A stretch of DNA of 64,000 nucleotides. Origin: Octopus sinensis. Taxonomy: Eukaryota. The translations under genes and the position numbers were made by a program. The DNA is taken from assembly GCF_006345805.1 (NCBI RefSeq), contig NC_043001.1:28148001-28212000 (forward strand), written 5' to 3'. Positions 13,101 through 24,300 of this stretch are shown piece by piece; position 1 is the first letter of the stretch, and the number at the start of each line of letters is the position of its first letter. The notes below the pieces were generated by a model, which did no database searches, was not told the origin of the DNA, and saw only the letters and a program-made list of their open reading frames with translations.

Positions 13101-13897
13101 CTTCAATGAATTGGACCTTCCATTTTGTGCATTGATGGAAGGCTGACACCTTGTGCATTGAGTAGGAATGTGGAGGTTAGTGTAGTGGCTGGTTTTGACT
13201 GTTGCAAGGGGCTTGGATTTTTTGTGTGTGTTAGTGGCAGCAATGTGGGGAATTGGTGCACTGGGGTAATAGCATAGGATGGTGTTGAGTGATGGCTAGA
13301 ATGTTTTTGTGTATCTCTTTTGCCATGTTCAACATGGCTAAAAAAGAATTTTCCTGCTTAGGGAGCAGTTTTTGGCTGGAGGTGTGGTTGCACTGTTGGA
13401 TAGGGTTGTAGTTTCCACTTTTGTTGTTGTTGTTTTTGTGTCTTCCTGAAAAGACTGGACCAGCATTAACTGCAGCATGGTGGTGTTTCTATTTTTATTT
13501 TTATTCAGGTTTGTGTGTTGGCTTGAAGCCCCGTTTCTGTTTGTGCGTCGGGTCCCTGGAAGATGAGTGAAGGGACAGTACTCAGCAGACATGTTCTCTC
13601 ACGTTGGAATACCGGCAGATTTTGGAACTCCGAGTTGTGTGTGTTTTGAATTTCGATTTACTATTGTGGTGGTGTGATGTTATTGTGGGATGCGTGCTTT
13701 GGCCTTGGCTGGTAGTGCGTCTAGTGCCGGGTAGATGCTGAAGATGCAGTCACTATTTGTGGAGAGTCTCTGGCGCAGTGAATAGCGGCATATTTGGGGA
13801 TTTCTGTTTGTGCCGTGGGGGGCGCATTCTGTTTCCTATGTTTCTTTAAGTTTTTGTTACTGCAGTAGTATTGAGGTGTGATGTGGGGAAGAGGGCA
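10141..13897 (-). mobile_element. CR1-clade LINE, near full length: APE endonuclease + RT (ORF2 about 13170-10233, frameshifted) plus about 0.7 kb upstream
   Basis: APE motifs LLNAQG, LTETHL, GGGTAIF, LYRPP, GDFN, TRHQNILDLVF, SDH; RT motifs GTVLGPLLFIIYIND, FADD; C-terminus RPHLEYCCPLWSP..LYSLQRRRERY; tail (TCAAAGTA)3 at 10141-10165; both ends abut TA-rich microsatellite. Confidence 0.93.
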
Positions 13898-14545
<648 letters not shown>

Positions 14546-15240
14546 GCATTTGTATGTACGTGTTGTGTCACTATGCATGCAACCATGAAGACCTGTATGA
14601 GTATCACTGAGCAGCTATGTATGCGCATGCATCCTTGGAGGGAAGCATTACTCAAGATGTGCGTCTGCACGCATAAGTATGGATGGCTGCGCTGACGTCA
14701 GAAAAATATATACGGCTACAACCAAGCAGAAATTTTGTCGTTGCTTAATGAAGTCGTGTCCCAGGGCTGTTCTCTTAAATTGAGGTAATTCTTTGCTTGA
14801 TTACTGCAAAAAAATACAAAAAACCCCAAAAAACACAGAAATTTTAAAAAATCTTATTTTTATTTCGTAAAACAGGCAGAACCACTCGCCCTTTCTTAAA
14901 AATGTACCTCACCATCCCTGAAAAAAAATAAATGAATAACAATTGGGCTACACATTCTAATTAAGCATCCTCGTTTGGTCTTGGTTCTCTTTCTACGCTA
15001 CTTCCGTGTTTTTTTTATTATTTTGCTTTGTCTTTTTGGATATTTCTTTTCGTATTTTGCTTTGTATAGTTTTATCCTCTTTTGCATAATATTTGTCATT
15101 GCTCTTCTGTTATATGTGCGAGTGTGAGTGTGTGTAACTGTGTGTGTGTATTATCTGTGTGTGTGTACGTATGCACACGTATGTATATATATAAATATAT
15201 ACATTATATATATATATATATATATTATAATATATATATT

Positions 15241-15285
<45 letters not shown>

Positions 15286-15675
15286 GTATTTATATCTATC
15301 TATCTATCTATCTATCTATATACCTATATACATACATAATACCTACCTCCCTCCCTACCTACCTACCTACATACATACATACACACACACACGTAACACA
15401 CACACATATATATATATTGTATAAGCACAAACAAATATATAGCTGTATATATATACATAAAGGTATGTATGAGTATGTGTATGTGTGTGTATATATATAT
15501 ATATATATATAATATAATATATATATATATATATATATACATACATATACTTATACATATACAAATACGCATATATATATACATCTAGATATTTGCATAT
15601 ATCTGTATGTTTATATAAATCTGTCTATATATATATACACATACATTATATATATATATATATATGTGTTCTTGT

Positions 15676-15723
<48 letters not shown>

Positions 15724-15959
15724 CGTGCGTGTGTCCAGTTTCTCTGAAGGTAAAAACAACCAAAGGATTGTTGAAAAACAGTTCAACCTAATCAGTCGTA
15801 GTATTACGATTTTTTTCTTTTTCCTTTAAAATTTTAATTTGGTTTTATTTATCTCAATCTGTTCCGTTCTCGTAACAAAACAGAGATTCCGTCATAGCCG
15901 TCACCATGCTTCAGTCCTAATCACTGTTTGTTTTGCCCCATCGACATTATCCTCTCCTC

Positions 15960-16260
15960 CTCCCCATCTTCCTCCCTCTTTTTTCTTCTTCTTCTTCTTC
16001 TTTTCTTCTTCTTCTTCTTCTTCTTCTTCTTCTTCTTCTTCTTCTTCTTCTTCTTCTCTCTTCTTCTTCTTCTTCTTCTTCTTCTTCATTTCTCCTCCTC
16101 ATTCTTGTTTTTCTTCTTCTTGTCTCCTCCTCCTTCTCCCCATTCTTCGTCTTCTTCTTCTTGTCTCTCCTCCTCCTCCTCCTCCTCATTCTTCGTCTTC
16201 TTCTTTCCCCCTGCCACCCGTCTCCTCCTCCACCACTCTCCTCCTCCTCCTTTTCCTTTA
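15960..16260. repeat. (CTT)n/(CCT)n polypyrimidine tract
   Basis: Directly visible. Confidence 0.95.
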
Positions 16261-17042
16261 CATTTCTGACTCCGCTTGCTATGTTCTTAATCCCTCCAAA
16301 CGAGGTTGGCGTTGCAACGGAGATCGAACGGATAGTTCTGTTTTCCTTTCTTCTATCTTCCAGTTGAGAACCTTTCGCAAAAAAACGGGTCTCTTGAAGA
16401 CTTTGGATCTACTACGAAATGTCCACCAAACACATCCTACGATTAAAGCAAGAGGGCTAACCAATTGCAAACATGACATAAGGAAAATGATCAGCCCGGC
16501 TGCGGGGAATTGAGCACAGCACTTTATCGTTTTCTGAAGTATTTGCTAGATAGCAAATATATAAGTTTTTAGAGGCACAACTATGGAAAATAGCCTTAGA
16601 GAAATGGCTAAAGGTGCTAACACAGTTGATGTAATAGACCAAGGGATTTTGTCTCATTAAAATTAAATACTTTTGGAGTTTTGTGGATTTATGGTGGAAC
16701 AAATGGACTGTCTATCATAAGTTTCTAGGTTCGATTCTCTCCGGGAGGCTCGTTTTGTCTGTCCTTGGGTAAATTGCTGTACCTCAGGGTAACCCAGTCT
16801 ACTCAACTGGAAAAGGGTTACCGATGAGTTAGTAAGGTAACGTTAAGGAAGCAGTTGCACGATCGAAAATTTTGAAGTATAAAATGAAACCCGTCCGGTT
16901 GTGGACAGTTAACTCCCATCTTTATATTTTGACGGCCTCAGTAATGAGATTAGACATTATTTCAATGCCTAATTGTATTTTAAAAAAGACCAGGAGGGAC
17001 AAACTCGAAGGTTTAAATAATTAAGTTTTATTGTATTTACAG

Positions 17043-17124
17043 AAACAGTGTTGAGTGAGATTCATCAGCGAGGACTCGAGGCACGTTTCGGTATTACTAG
17101 TCCGCATCAGCGAATCATGATAGG
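17043..17124 (+). other. Candidate 82-bp internal exon (alternatively a decayed hammerhead-bearing repeat on the minus strand)
   Basis: ttttattgtatttacag acceptor, GG|gtaagg donor, only one frame open (xTVLSEIHQRGLEARFGITSPHQRIMIG); no partner exons identified. Confidence 0.25.
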
Positions 17125-17234
17125 GTAAGGAAAATACTGGTGATGAAATAACTTACGAGCTCACTCATCCTTGTTGCTACCGCTTTGCAACATGTTCGTA
17201 TGTATATGTATGTAAGTATCTGTCTATCTATCTA

Positions 17235-17297
<63 letters not shown>

Positions 17298-17299
17298 CC

Positions 17300-17349
<50 letters not shown>

Positions 17350-17720
17350 GATACAGTTGGGGATCTTTTCCTTATAATCGTTGAAGCTTGGCTTTGATTG
17401 GTTTGGAATTATATGACGTCAGTGAACAGTGCCAGAGACCACAGCTACTACTGACTTAACTGATATAAACCCAACAATCACAAGTTGACCAAAATTACGA
17501 CAACCAAGAATCACTACTGTTGCTCCCATCGGAACACAAGGTAAAATCTATAATGAACTCCTGCACTACACTTGACAAAACAGTAAAGAACGACTTACAC
17601 CTTATAATATATTTTTCGCCTTTTCAAGAACATGGATTCTATTGAATGTATATAGCATGGACTCTATTGAATGTATGTAACAATTATGAACTGTTCCATT
17701 ATACTCTTTATTATAAAAAA

Positions 17721-17770
17721 ATTCTTTTTGATAAGGTTCGTTACTTCAAGAACCGAAACATGTAAAAATT
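17721..17770 (+). ncRNA. Minimal type-I hammerhead ribozyme motif, U3-A8 core variant
   Basis: TTT-TTGATAA-GGTTC(gttacttcaa)GAACC-GAAAC-AT-GTA|AAA; stem III lies in the palindrome ACATGT; stem I only 3 contiguous bp. Confidence 0.6.
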
Positions 17771-17848
17771 AAAATTTATCTAATATAGTGGCATTTTCAA
17801 ACTTCTTTTTTACAAATATATACCCACTCGTATAGGATCTAATCTTAT

Positions 17849-17915
<67 letters not shown>

Positions 17916-18002
17916 GGGAGAGTTTACGAAAAAAACAAAAGACGAAGACAGGTAGTGTACAAAACAAACAGATGTATTAGTATAACGCTCAGGAATAGAA
18001 AA

Positions 18003-18045
18003 AGTCTTTTACGTTTCGAGCCTACGCTCTTGTACAGAAAGGGAC
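18003..18045 (-). ncRNA. Hammerhead motif, core mutated
   Basis: CTTT-CTGTACA-A-GAGC(GTAG)GCTC-GAAAC-GTA|AAAG; stems intact, CUGANGA degenerate. Confidence 0.55.
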
Positions 18046-18195
18046 ACAAAAAAACAAGGAGAGAAACAAGGAGAGAAAAAAGGATGTATGTATGTATGTG
18101 TGTGTGCTTGTGTACTTGTGTGTGCTTGTGTGTGCGTGTGGTAAGATATATATTCCTCCGTCTTCCTTTTTCTCTTGGACTTTCCTCTGTCTCCT

Positions 18196-18230
18196 GTTTC
18201 TGACGAAGAGCTTTGCTCGAAACGTAAAAC
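18196..18230 (+). ncRNA. Minimal type-I hammerhead ribozyme, intact core
   Basis: GTTT-CTGACGA-A-GAGC(TTT)GCTC-GAAAC-GTA|AAAC: stem I GTTT/AAAC, stem II 4 bp, loopless palindromic stem III (ACGT), GUA cleavage triplet. Confidence 0.8.
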
Positions 18231-18345
18231 CACCTTTCTTTCCTTCCCTGAGCGTCTGCTGATAATTTGCATATAGCACGTCCTCGCGTTGTTGTTTTCC
18301 TTGTGTTTGTTCTTCGTTTTTTTTTGTGGGGGATTTACTTTATAT

Positions 18346-18428
<83 letters not shown>

Positions 18429-18429
18429 T

Positions 18430-18637
18430 AAATTAGAGATAAAACCACTATTAGGCAAATCAAACAATGAAAAATATAAGCCAATACATAAAATTAATTA
18501 ATTTACATTATTTTAAATATATAATCTTTTATTAAACTTTTAATACTTTTGATAAATATTTAAAATAATATAAATAATGTATGTTGGCTTATGTTTTTCA
18601 TTGTGATTTGCCTAATAGTGGTTTTTATCTCTAATTT
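18430..18637. mobile_element. Foldback/MITE-like element with about 60-bp inverted arms
   Basis: aaattagagataaaaccactattaggcaaatc.. and its RC at 18580-18637; TA-flanked; half copy at about 53046-53078. Confidence 0.7.
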
Positions 18638-18723
18638 ATATAATATAATATATTTTACTATAAAATTGGATTTTATCCTAAATCTGATTTTTCCCTGTAA
18701 GTTTGGATTTATTCCTAATATTT

Positions 18724-18806
<83 letters not shown>

Positions 18807-19612
18807 TATGAACAATGCCAAAATTTTCCTTCCTGATGGAGGCCAAAGCGAAACATTTAAACATTTCCTTCCCCGCAAAAAAGATATTCGCAAATCAATT
18901 CTTTTAAAAGCATTGTAAAAATATTTCGAAGTACACATTCAAAATTCATTTGTTGCAACGTACATTCATTGTGTTATGAAGAGTCTCAAGTAGCTTGCAA
19001 CTGGTTTAGTTCTCAAAATTACCTTCAATTTGACACTTGGTGAAAGAAACTATCCGCTTATTTCAACACAAAAAAACATTCTACACGCTCTGCAAGCAAA
19101 TTTATGAATACTTACGACTGTATTCATATCCAATGACTATACTTATGCAGATATAGGCATGTCCACATATAGACATGCATACACACATATGCACAGACAC
19201 GCACATATACACATATACACATTTGAATAATTGTGTGGTGAATGTGTCTACGTGTGTAAGCTCATGTATGCACCAGGCAGTATATATATATATATATATA
19301 TATATAGTGAGGAAATACTACTCAACAGATTCAACACACACACACACACACACACACACATATGCGTGTGTGGGTGAGTGTTTATGCGTGTGTGTTTGTG
19401 TGTGTATGTTCAACATGTTGCAATGAACAGGCTGTAATCCAAATCACTACAATTGTTTCTGTGCATTAATTATCAGCAGGTAATTTCTGAGTGTTTTACA
19501 TACCATACGCATTCCAGTATTAATATGATCCAAATTAGCTACACACACACGCACGCACACAAACACGCACACAAACACACGCACACACACATGCACACAC
19601 ACATACACACAC

Positions 19613-19672
<60 letters not shown>

Positions 19673-19794
19673 TATATTATATATGGACACTAAACACTGC
19701 TTGGACACTAAACTCTGCTTGCGAAGACCTATTGAGGCAAGTGAAATCGAAATCGAAATCAAATTTGGTGTCTGGCATCAGTGCTAGTGGAGCG

Positions 19795-20993
19795 CTAAGA
19801 TTTTTAAATTTTGGAATTTATTGCGTTTTTTAATTTTTTAAACTATTTTCTTTTTTTTTCTCTAGTTAATTTTAGTTAATTTTTGTTTATTTTCAGATCA
19901 TTCAAATGGAATGTCAAGTTAAGAAAAACGAGCATTTTCGACACCTTTTTACTTTTAAGCAAGGTTCCTAGGCCGCAAAAGCTGCTCGCGACATTTGTGC
20001 TGTGTATGGAGAGGGTGCCATAGCTGATAAAACTACTTGTGATTGGTAACCCAAGTTCAAAAATGGAAATATTGACCTCAAAGATGCACCTCCTTTTGGC
20101 CATCCAGTTGAGTTGGATGAAGAGCGATTCAACCAACTTTTGCGCGAAAATTCTTGTCAAACGACAAGGAGCTGGTAGAGAAAATGGAATGATCCCACAC
20201 TGCGATAGAGGAGCATCTTCACTCGATGGGAAAGTTTAAGAAGCATGGAGCATGTGTTCCGCATGCTTTAAGTGACAACAACAAAAATCAACGAGCCACA
20301 ATCTCCGCTGGTTTGCTTGCTCGTCACCGCTCAACTCATGGACACAAGCAACGATTTCTTTAGCGAATCGTTACTGGCGACGAAAAATGGTGCCTTTACA
20401 TCAATATGAAGCAGCGTAAGTAATGGCCTAGCCCCGGTAAACAAGCTACATCGCGCGTGAAACAAGTTTTTCATCCGCGTAAAACGATGTTGTGCATATA
20501 GTGGGACAGGGAAGGGATTACAAATTGCTTGAATGGAACCAAACGGTCAACAGATGGAACGACTCAAAACGGCTATTCAAGAGAAAAGACCTAATCGGCA
20601 GCATGGAGTTCTGCTGCACGACAACGCCCGGCTTCGTATCGTCAATACGACCAAGGAAGCCATTCAAACGCATGGCTGGGAAGTGCTGCCACACCTGCTG
20701 CACTCTCCTGATTTGGCACCAACAGATTTCCACCTCTTTCGATCTCTTTCAAATGCTATGCGCAGTTTTGTTCAATACTGATGCAAAATTGAGAGCTTGG
20801 TTGGATCAATATTTTGAGTCGAAATCGGGTGATTTCTACCAACGAGGTATTGAAAATCTTGTCGAACGTTGGGAAGAAGTTGTAAACGCGAAGGGTGAAT
20901 ACATTATTGATTAATTAGTTGTTACTTTTAATTACACCTTTTTAAAAAATTAAATTTAAAAAAAAACGGCGGTAACTTAGTTGCCAACCCAAA
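19795..20993 (+). mobile_element. Mariner (DD34D) transposon, decayed, left TIR missing
   Basis: Transposase from ATG 19906 (MECQVKKNEHFRH..IVTGDEKW..HDNAR..SPDLAPTDFHLF..GEYIID* 20914) with stops and frameshifts; 34 residues between the last two Asp; right TIR RC of gggttggcaactaagtta at about 20972-20990. Confidence 0.92.
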
Positions 20994-21002
20994 ACGCATA
21001 TA

Positions 21003-21200
21003 TATTGTTGTATTTCGGGTTGGCCATTTTTGTTATTTCCCCAATAAACACACGCACTATATATTCATTCTCCACTCGTCTATTATTCTTCTTATTCTAG
21101 CTCATGTCCATTGTCCGGAAATCTCTCTCCACACATCTGTGACCTCTTCGGCGACACTTTCCGTCTTCGCCTGTATTCTTTCTCTGCTTAACGCAAATTC
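21003..21200 (-). repeat. Diverged relative of the 34533-34951 foldback arm with decayed hammerhead motif
   Basis: attgttgtatttcgg..ccaataaacacacgcactatatatt shared; minus strand TGTCG-CCGAAGA-GGTCAC(AGATGT)GTG..TTC|CGGACA. Confidence 0.5.
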
Positions 21201-21482
21201 ATAAACGTATACATATATAAGTCATATTCGTAGTCACTTTAACACGGCTGTTCGTTCGAGCGGACTCTACTGCGATTTTTTAACCCCAATAGGACAATTC
21301 CTCTAACTGGTTAACAATTCACAGTAGCATCCTATAAAACAGCGAGCAGGGGAGCGAACTCCTACTATCTCCTAGAGATGGGACCGGTAGACTAGTCCTG
21401 GATTGGGGGCTATTTCTGCCACTCCTCAGTACTGGACACCTCGTCTGCTAGAGATGATAGCAGCTCACCTCTGCACGCAATA

Positions 21483-21512
<30 letters not shown>

Positions 21513-21516
<4 letters not shown>

Positions 21517-22075
21517 CGAAAGAAGGTTTGAAAATGCAATTTAAAAGATGTTTATTTACTTAACCGGTTTCACTCTTTGGAAAAAGATTGTCAAAAGTAA
21601 CATAGAATATTATGAATTCAAAAAAGTTTTTTACATAATTGCCACATTGAATATTATGAATTCAAAAAAGTTTTTTTACATAATTGCCACATTACATGTA
21701 TAAATATAGTCTTTGGTAACAGGGATATGTTAAGGGCATAAAGAAGTTCAACAGTGTGATGAGAATATTTGGAAAAATGGGCAGAAAAGAATAAAACAAA
21801 TATATTATTGGAAATTTGGTTGCGTTAATTATTGGTTGTTGCAAATTGTCACATTACATGTATATATATACAGTCTTTGGTAAAAAGGACATGTAATGTG
21901 GCAATTATGTAAAAAAACTTTTTTGAATTCATAATATTCAATGTGGCAATTATGTAAAAAACTTTTTTGAATTTATAATATTCTATGTTACTTTTGACAA
22001 TCTTTTTCCAAAGAGTGAAACCGGTTAAGTAAATAAACATCTTTTAAATAGCATTTTCAAACCTTCTTTCGTATA
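21513..22075. mobile_element. Foldback element, about 185-bp near-identical inverted arms, each with a hammerhead motif
   Basis: Arms 21513-21700 and 21889-22075; each arm has a 45-46-bp tandem duplication; HHR motifs at 21988-22032 (+) and 21556-21600 (-). Confidence 0.85.
21988..22032 (+). ncRNA. Minimal type-I hammerhead motif, U3-A8 variant
   Basis: TTACTT-TTGACAA-TCTTT(TTCC)AAAGA-GT-GAAAC-CG-GTT|AAGTAA: 6-bp stem I, palindromic ACCGGT stem III; base of stem II non-canonical. Confidence 0.65.
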
Positions 22076-22494
22076 TAATTCCACTCGTGCGATACCCCAC
22101 AACTCAACTTTGTTATATATATATATATATATATTTGTATATTTCAAGCGAACATACAGTCGCTGATTTTGCAACACGCAAAAAAGTTAGTTCTGAAATC
22201 TCTCTGAGAGATCTACGCAGTAGCTGTACTGACATGTAATATTCTACTGGTCCCGTCGCTAGGAGATTGTAAGTGTTTGCCCCCCCCCCTGCTCGCAATT
22301 TAATCGGATGATGCTGTGCATCGTTAACCAGCTAGAGGAGATGTCCTCTTGGGATTACAAAATCGCAGTAGGGTCCGCTCGAACGGACAGCCATTTTAAA
22401 GCGGTTATGAATATTACTTGTAAGTACAACTACTGCGTTGATCTTTTAAAGAGATTTTAGAAATACCATTTTTTCTTATACACACGCACACACA

Positions 22495-22667
22495 TATATG
22501 TATGTGATGGGCTTCTTTCAGTTTCTTTCTACCAAGTCCACTCACAAGACTTTTGTCGTCTCGACGCTATAGTAAGGAACCCTTGGCGAAGGTGCCTCGC
22601 GGTGGGACTGAACTTAGAACCATGTGGTTGGGAAGCAAGCTTCTCATCACACAGCCACACCTGCGCG
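22495..22667 (-). mobile_element. SINE family A 5' half
   Basis: gggcttctttcagtttc..gtgggactgaact..catcacacagccacacctgcgc. Confidence 0.75.
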
Positions 22668-22956
22668 TTTTTGTCTGTAATTTAGACTGAATCAAAGTTG
22701 AGATGGGACTGACCACAATTAAATTCTATCTAAGGAAATCTTAACTCGGAAGATATAGGTTGTAAGTTAAAATGGTTGTACCATTTTAGTGCAGAGTTCT
22801 GCACGGTTTTAAGAAATTCTTCTGAGAGACTAAAAATAAATGGCCAATGTATTGTTATATTACAAATATATCATCCGCAGCAACAATAACAGCAACAGCT
22901 GTATAGTAGCAGTAACAACAATGCCGCAGCAGTAGCGGTAACATCAGCAGCAGCAA

Positions 22957-23179
22957 GCTGGCTGAAACGTTAGCACGCCGGGCGAAATGCTTAGTGGTAT
23001 TTCGTCTGCTGTTACGTTCTGAGTTCAAATTCCGCCGAGGTCGACTTTGCCTTTCATCCTTTCGGGGTCGATAAATTAAGTACCAGTTACGCACTGGAGT
23101 CGATATAATCGATTTAATCCGTTTGTCTGTCCTTGTTTGTCCTCTCTGTGTTTGGCCCCTTGTGGGTAGTAAAGAAATA
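22957..23179 (+). mobile_element. SINE family B with 20-bp flanking direct repeat (TSD)
   Basis: ggtaacatcagcagcagcaa at 22937-22956 and 23180-23199 (partly overlapping the element ends). Confidence 0.9.
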
Positions 23180-23242
23180 GGTAACATCAGCAGCAGCAAT
23201 AGCAGCAGTACCAGCAGTAGGAATGCAGCAACAGCAGCTGTA

Positions 23243-23435
23243 GTGGAGGCGCAATGGCCCAGTGGTTAGGGCAGCAGACTCGCAGTCGTAAGAACGTGGT
23301 TTCGATTCCCAGACCGGGCATTGTGAGTGTTTATTGAGCAAAAAAGCCTAAGCTCCATGAGGCTCTGGCGGGGGGGGGCTGAACCCTGCTGTACTCTTTC
23401 ACCACAACTTTCTCTCACTCTTTCTTCCTACTTCT
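23243..23435 (+). mobile_element. SINE family C 5' part
   Basis: tRNA-like head gtggaggcgcaatggcccagtggttagggcagc..ggtttcgattcccagaccggg; full copy at 29525-29912 (-). Confidence 0.85.
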
Positions 23436-23699
23436 GCCACAAAGCAGAGGAACCATGGTGTAACCCACTATGGTGTGGTGAACTTTCAGACCCTAGTCTA
23501 GATTGCGAATCCTCTGTACCCCAGGATGGTTCAGCTCTTCATCCGTTAAAAGCCACCGTTTACAGAATGTGGATAACAACGTATCTTTCGCACCCGTGAA
23601 ACCGCCAGTCTATCGCGTGTGGTGGGTGGATCTTCAAGTTGCCATACGCATTCTTAGTAGCTTAGAGTAGGCTCGAATTAGAGATTATTCTTTGTGGCT

Positions 23700-24300
23700 A
23701 ATGGCGTGAGTCCTGATTGGAAGAAGAGAAGAAGAAGAAGAAGAGAAGAAGAAGAAGAAGAAGAAGAAGAAGAGAAGAAGAAGACAGCAGTTGTAGCAAT
23801 ATAGAAAACCATAGAAGCAGCATCAAAACAGCAGTGGCGGGAGCAACAGTAGTATACCAGCAGTAGGATAGCAGCAGTATTGGCAATATAGGAACCTTTG
23901 TAGGAATAGTAGCCAGAACAGTTGTAAAGGAGCCACAGCACTAATAACAGCAAGACTGTCAGTAAGAGCACAATAGAAGCAGGATAGCAGTCGGATAACA
24001 GCAACGACTGCAGCAGGATAGCAGCAACGGCATCGGAAATATTATCAACAACGACAGAGTAACTGCAATGACAGCTGTATAACTTCAAGAATATCAGCAG
24101 CAGACTGACAGAGGGAACAACAACAGCATTCGCATGAAAGCAGCAGGAACAGTAGAGCGTGAGGATAGCAGCAGTATCGGCTAGAAAGCGGCAACGGCAG
24201 CGGTGGTAAGATTACTGCAATAACAGCAGAAGGATAGCCTGCAATAACAGACGCATAGAAGCAGTTGTAGCAGTAGGATAGGAGTAACGGCAGCAGCAGG
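23700..24300. repeat. (GAA)n and degenerate (GCA/GTA)n low-complexity tract
   Basis: Directly visible. Confidence 0.85.

Larger units (their letters stand above)
17916..18340. mobile_element. Non-coding element with two divergent hammerhead motifs (Penelope-like terminal-repeat derivative)
   Basis: HHR motifs at 18003-18045 (-) and 18196-18230 (+); left part recurs at about 45185-45260, right part at about 60345-60490. Confidence 0.6.

Noticed and set aside
14905-14930. Minus-strand microexon (ttttcag GGATG gtgagg)
   Set aside because: Splice-like strings are frequent by chance in AT-rich DNA; no supporting context.
15839-16513. 224-aa ORF and possible terminal exon at 16364-16446 after a strong acceptor
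   Set aside because: The ORF is mostly (CTT)n. The acceptor is plausible but no upstream partner exon or recognisable peptide supports it.
18833-18862. CTGATGGAGGCCAAAGCGAAAC hammerhead-like string
   Set aside because: Stem II only 2 bp, no stem I or NUH.
23243-23320. tRNA genes at SINE heads (also 4860-4935, 7630-7701, 29835-29912)
   Set aside because: A and B boxes are present but there is no complete cloverleaf or acceptor stem, and each continues into a SINE body.
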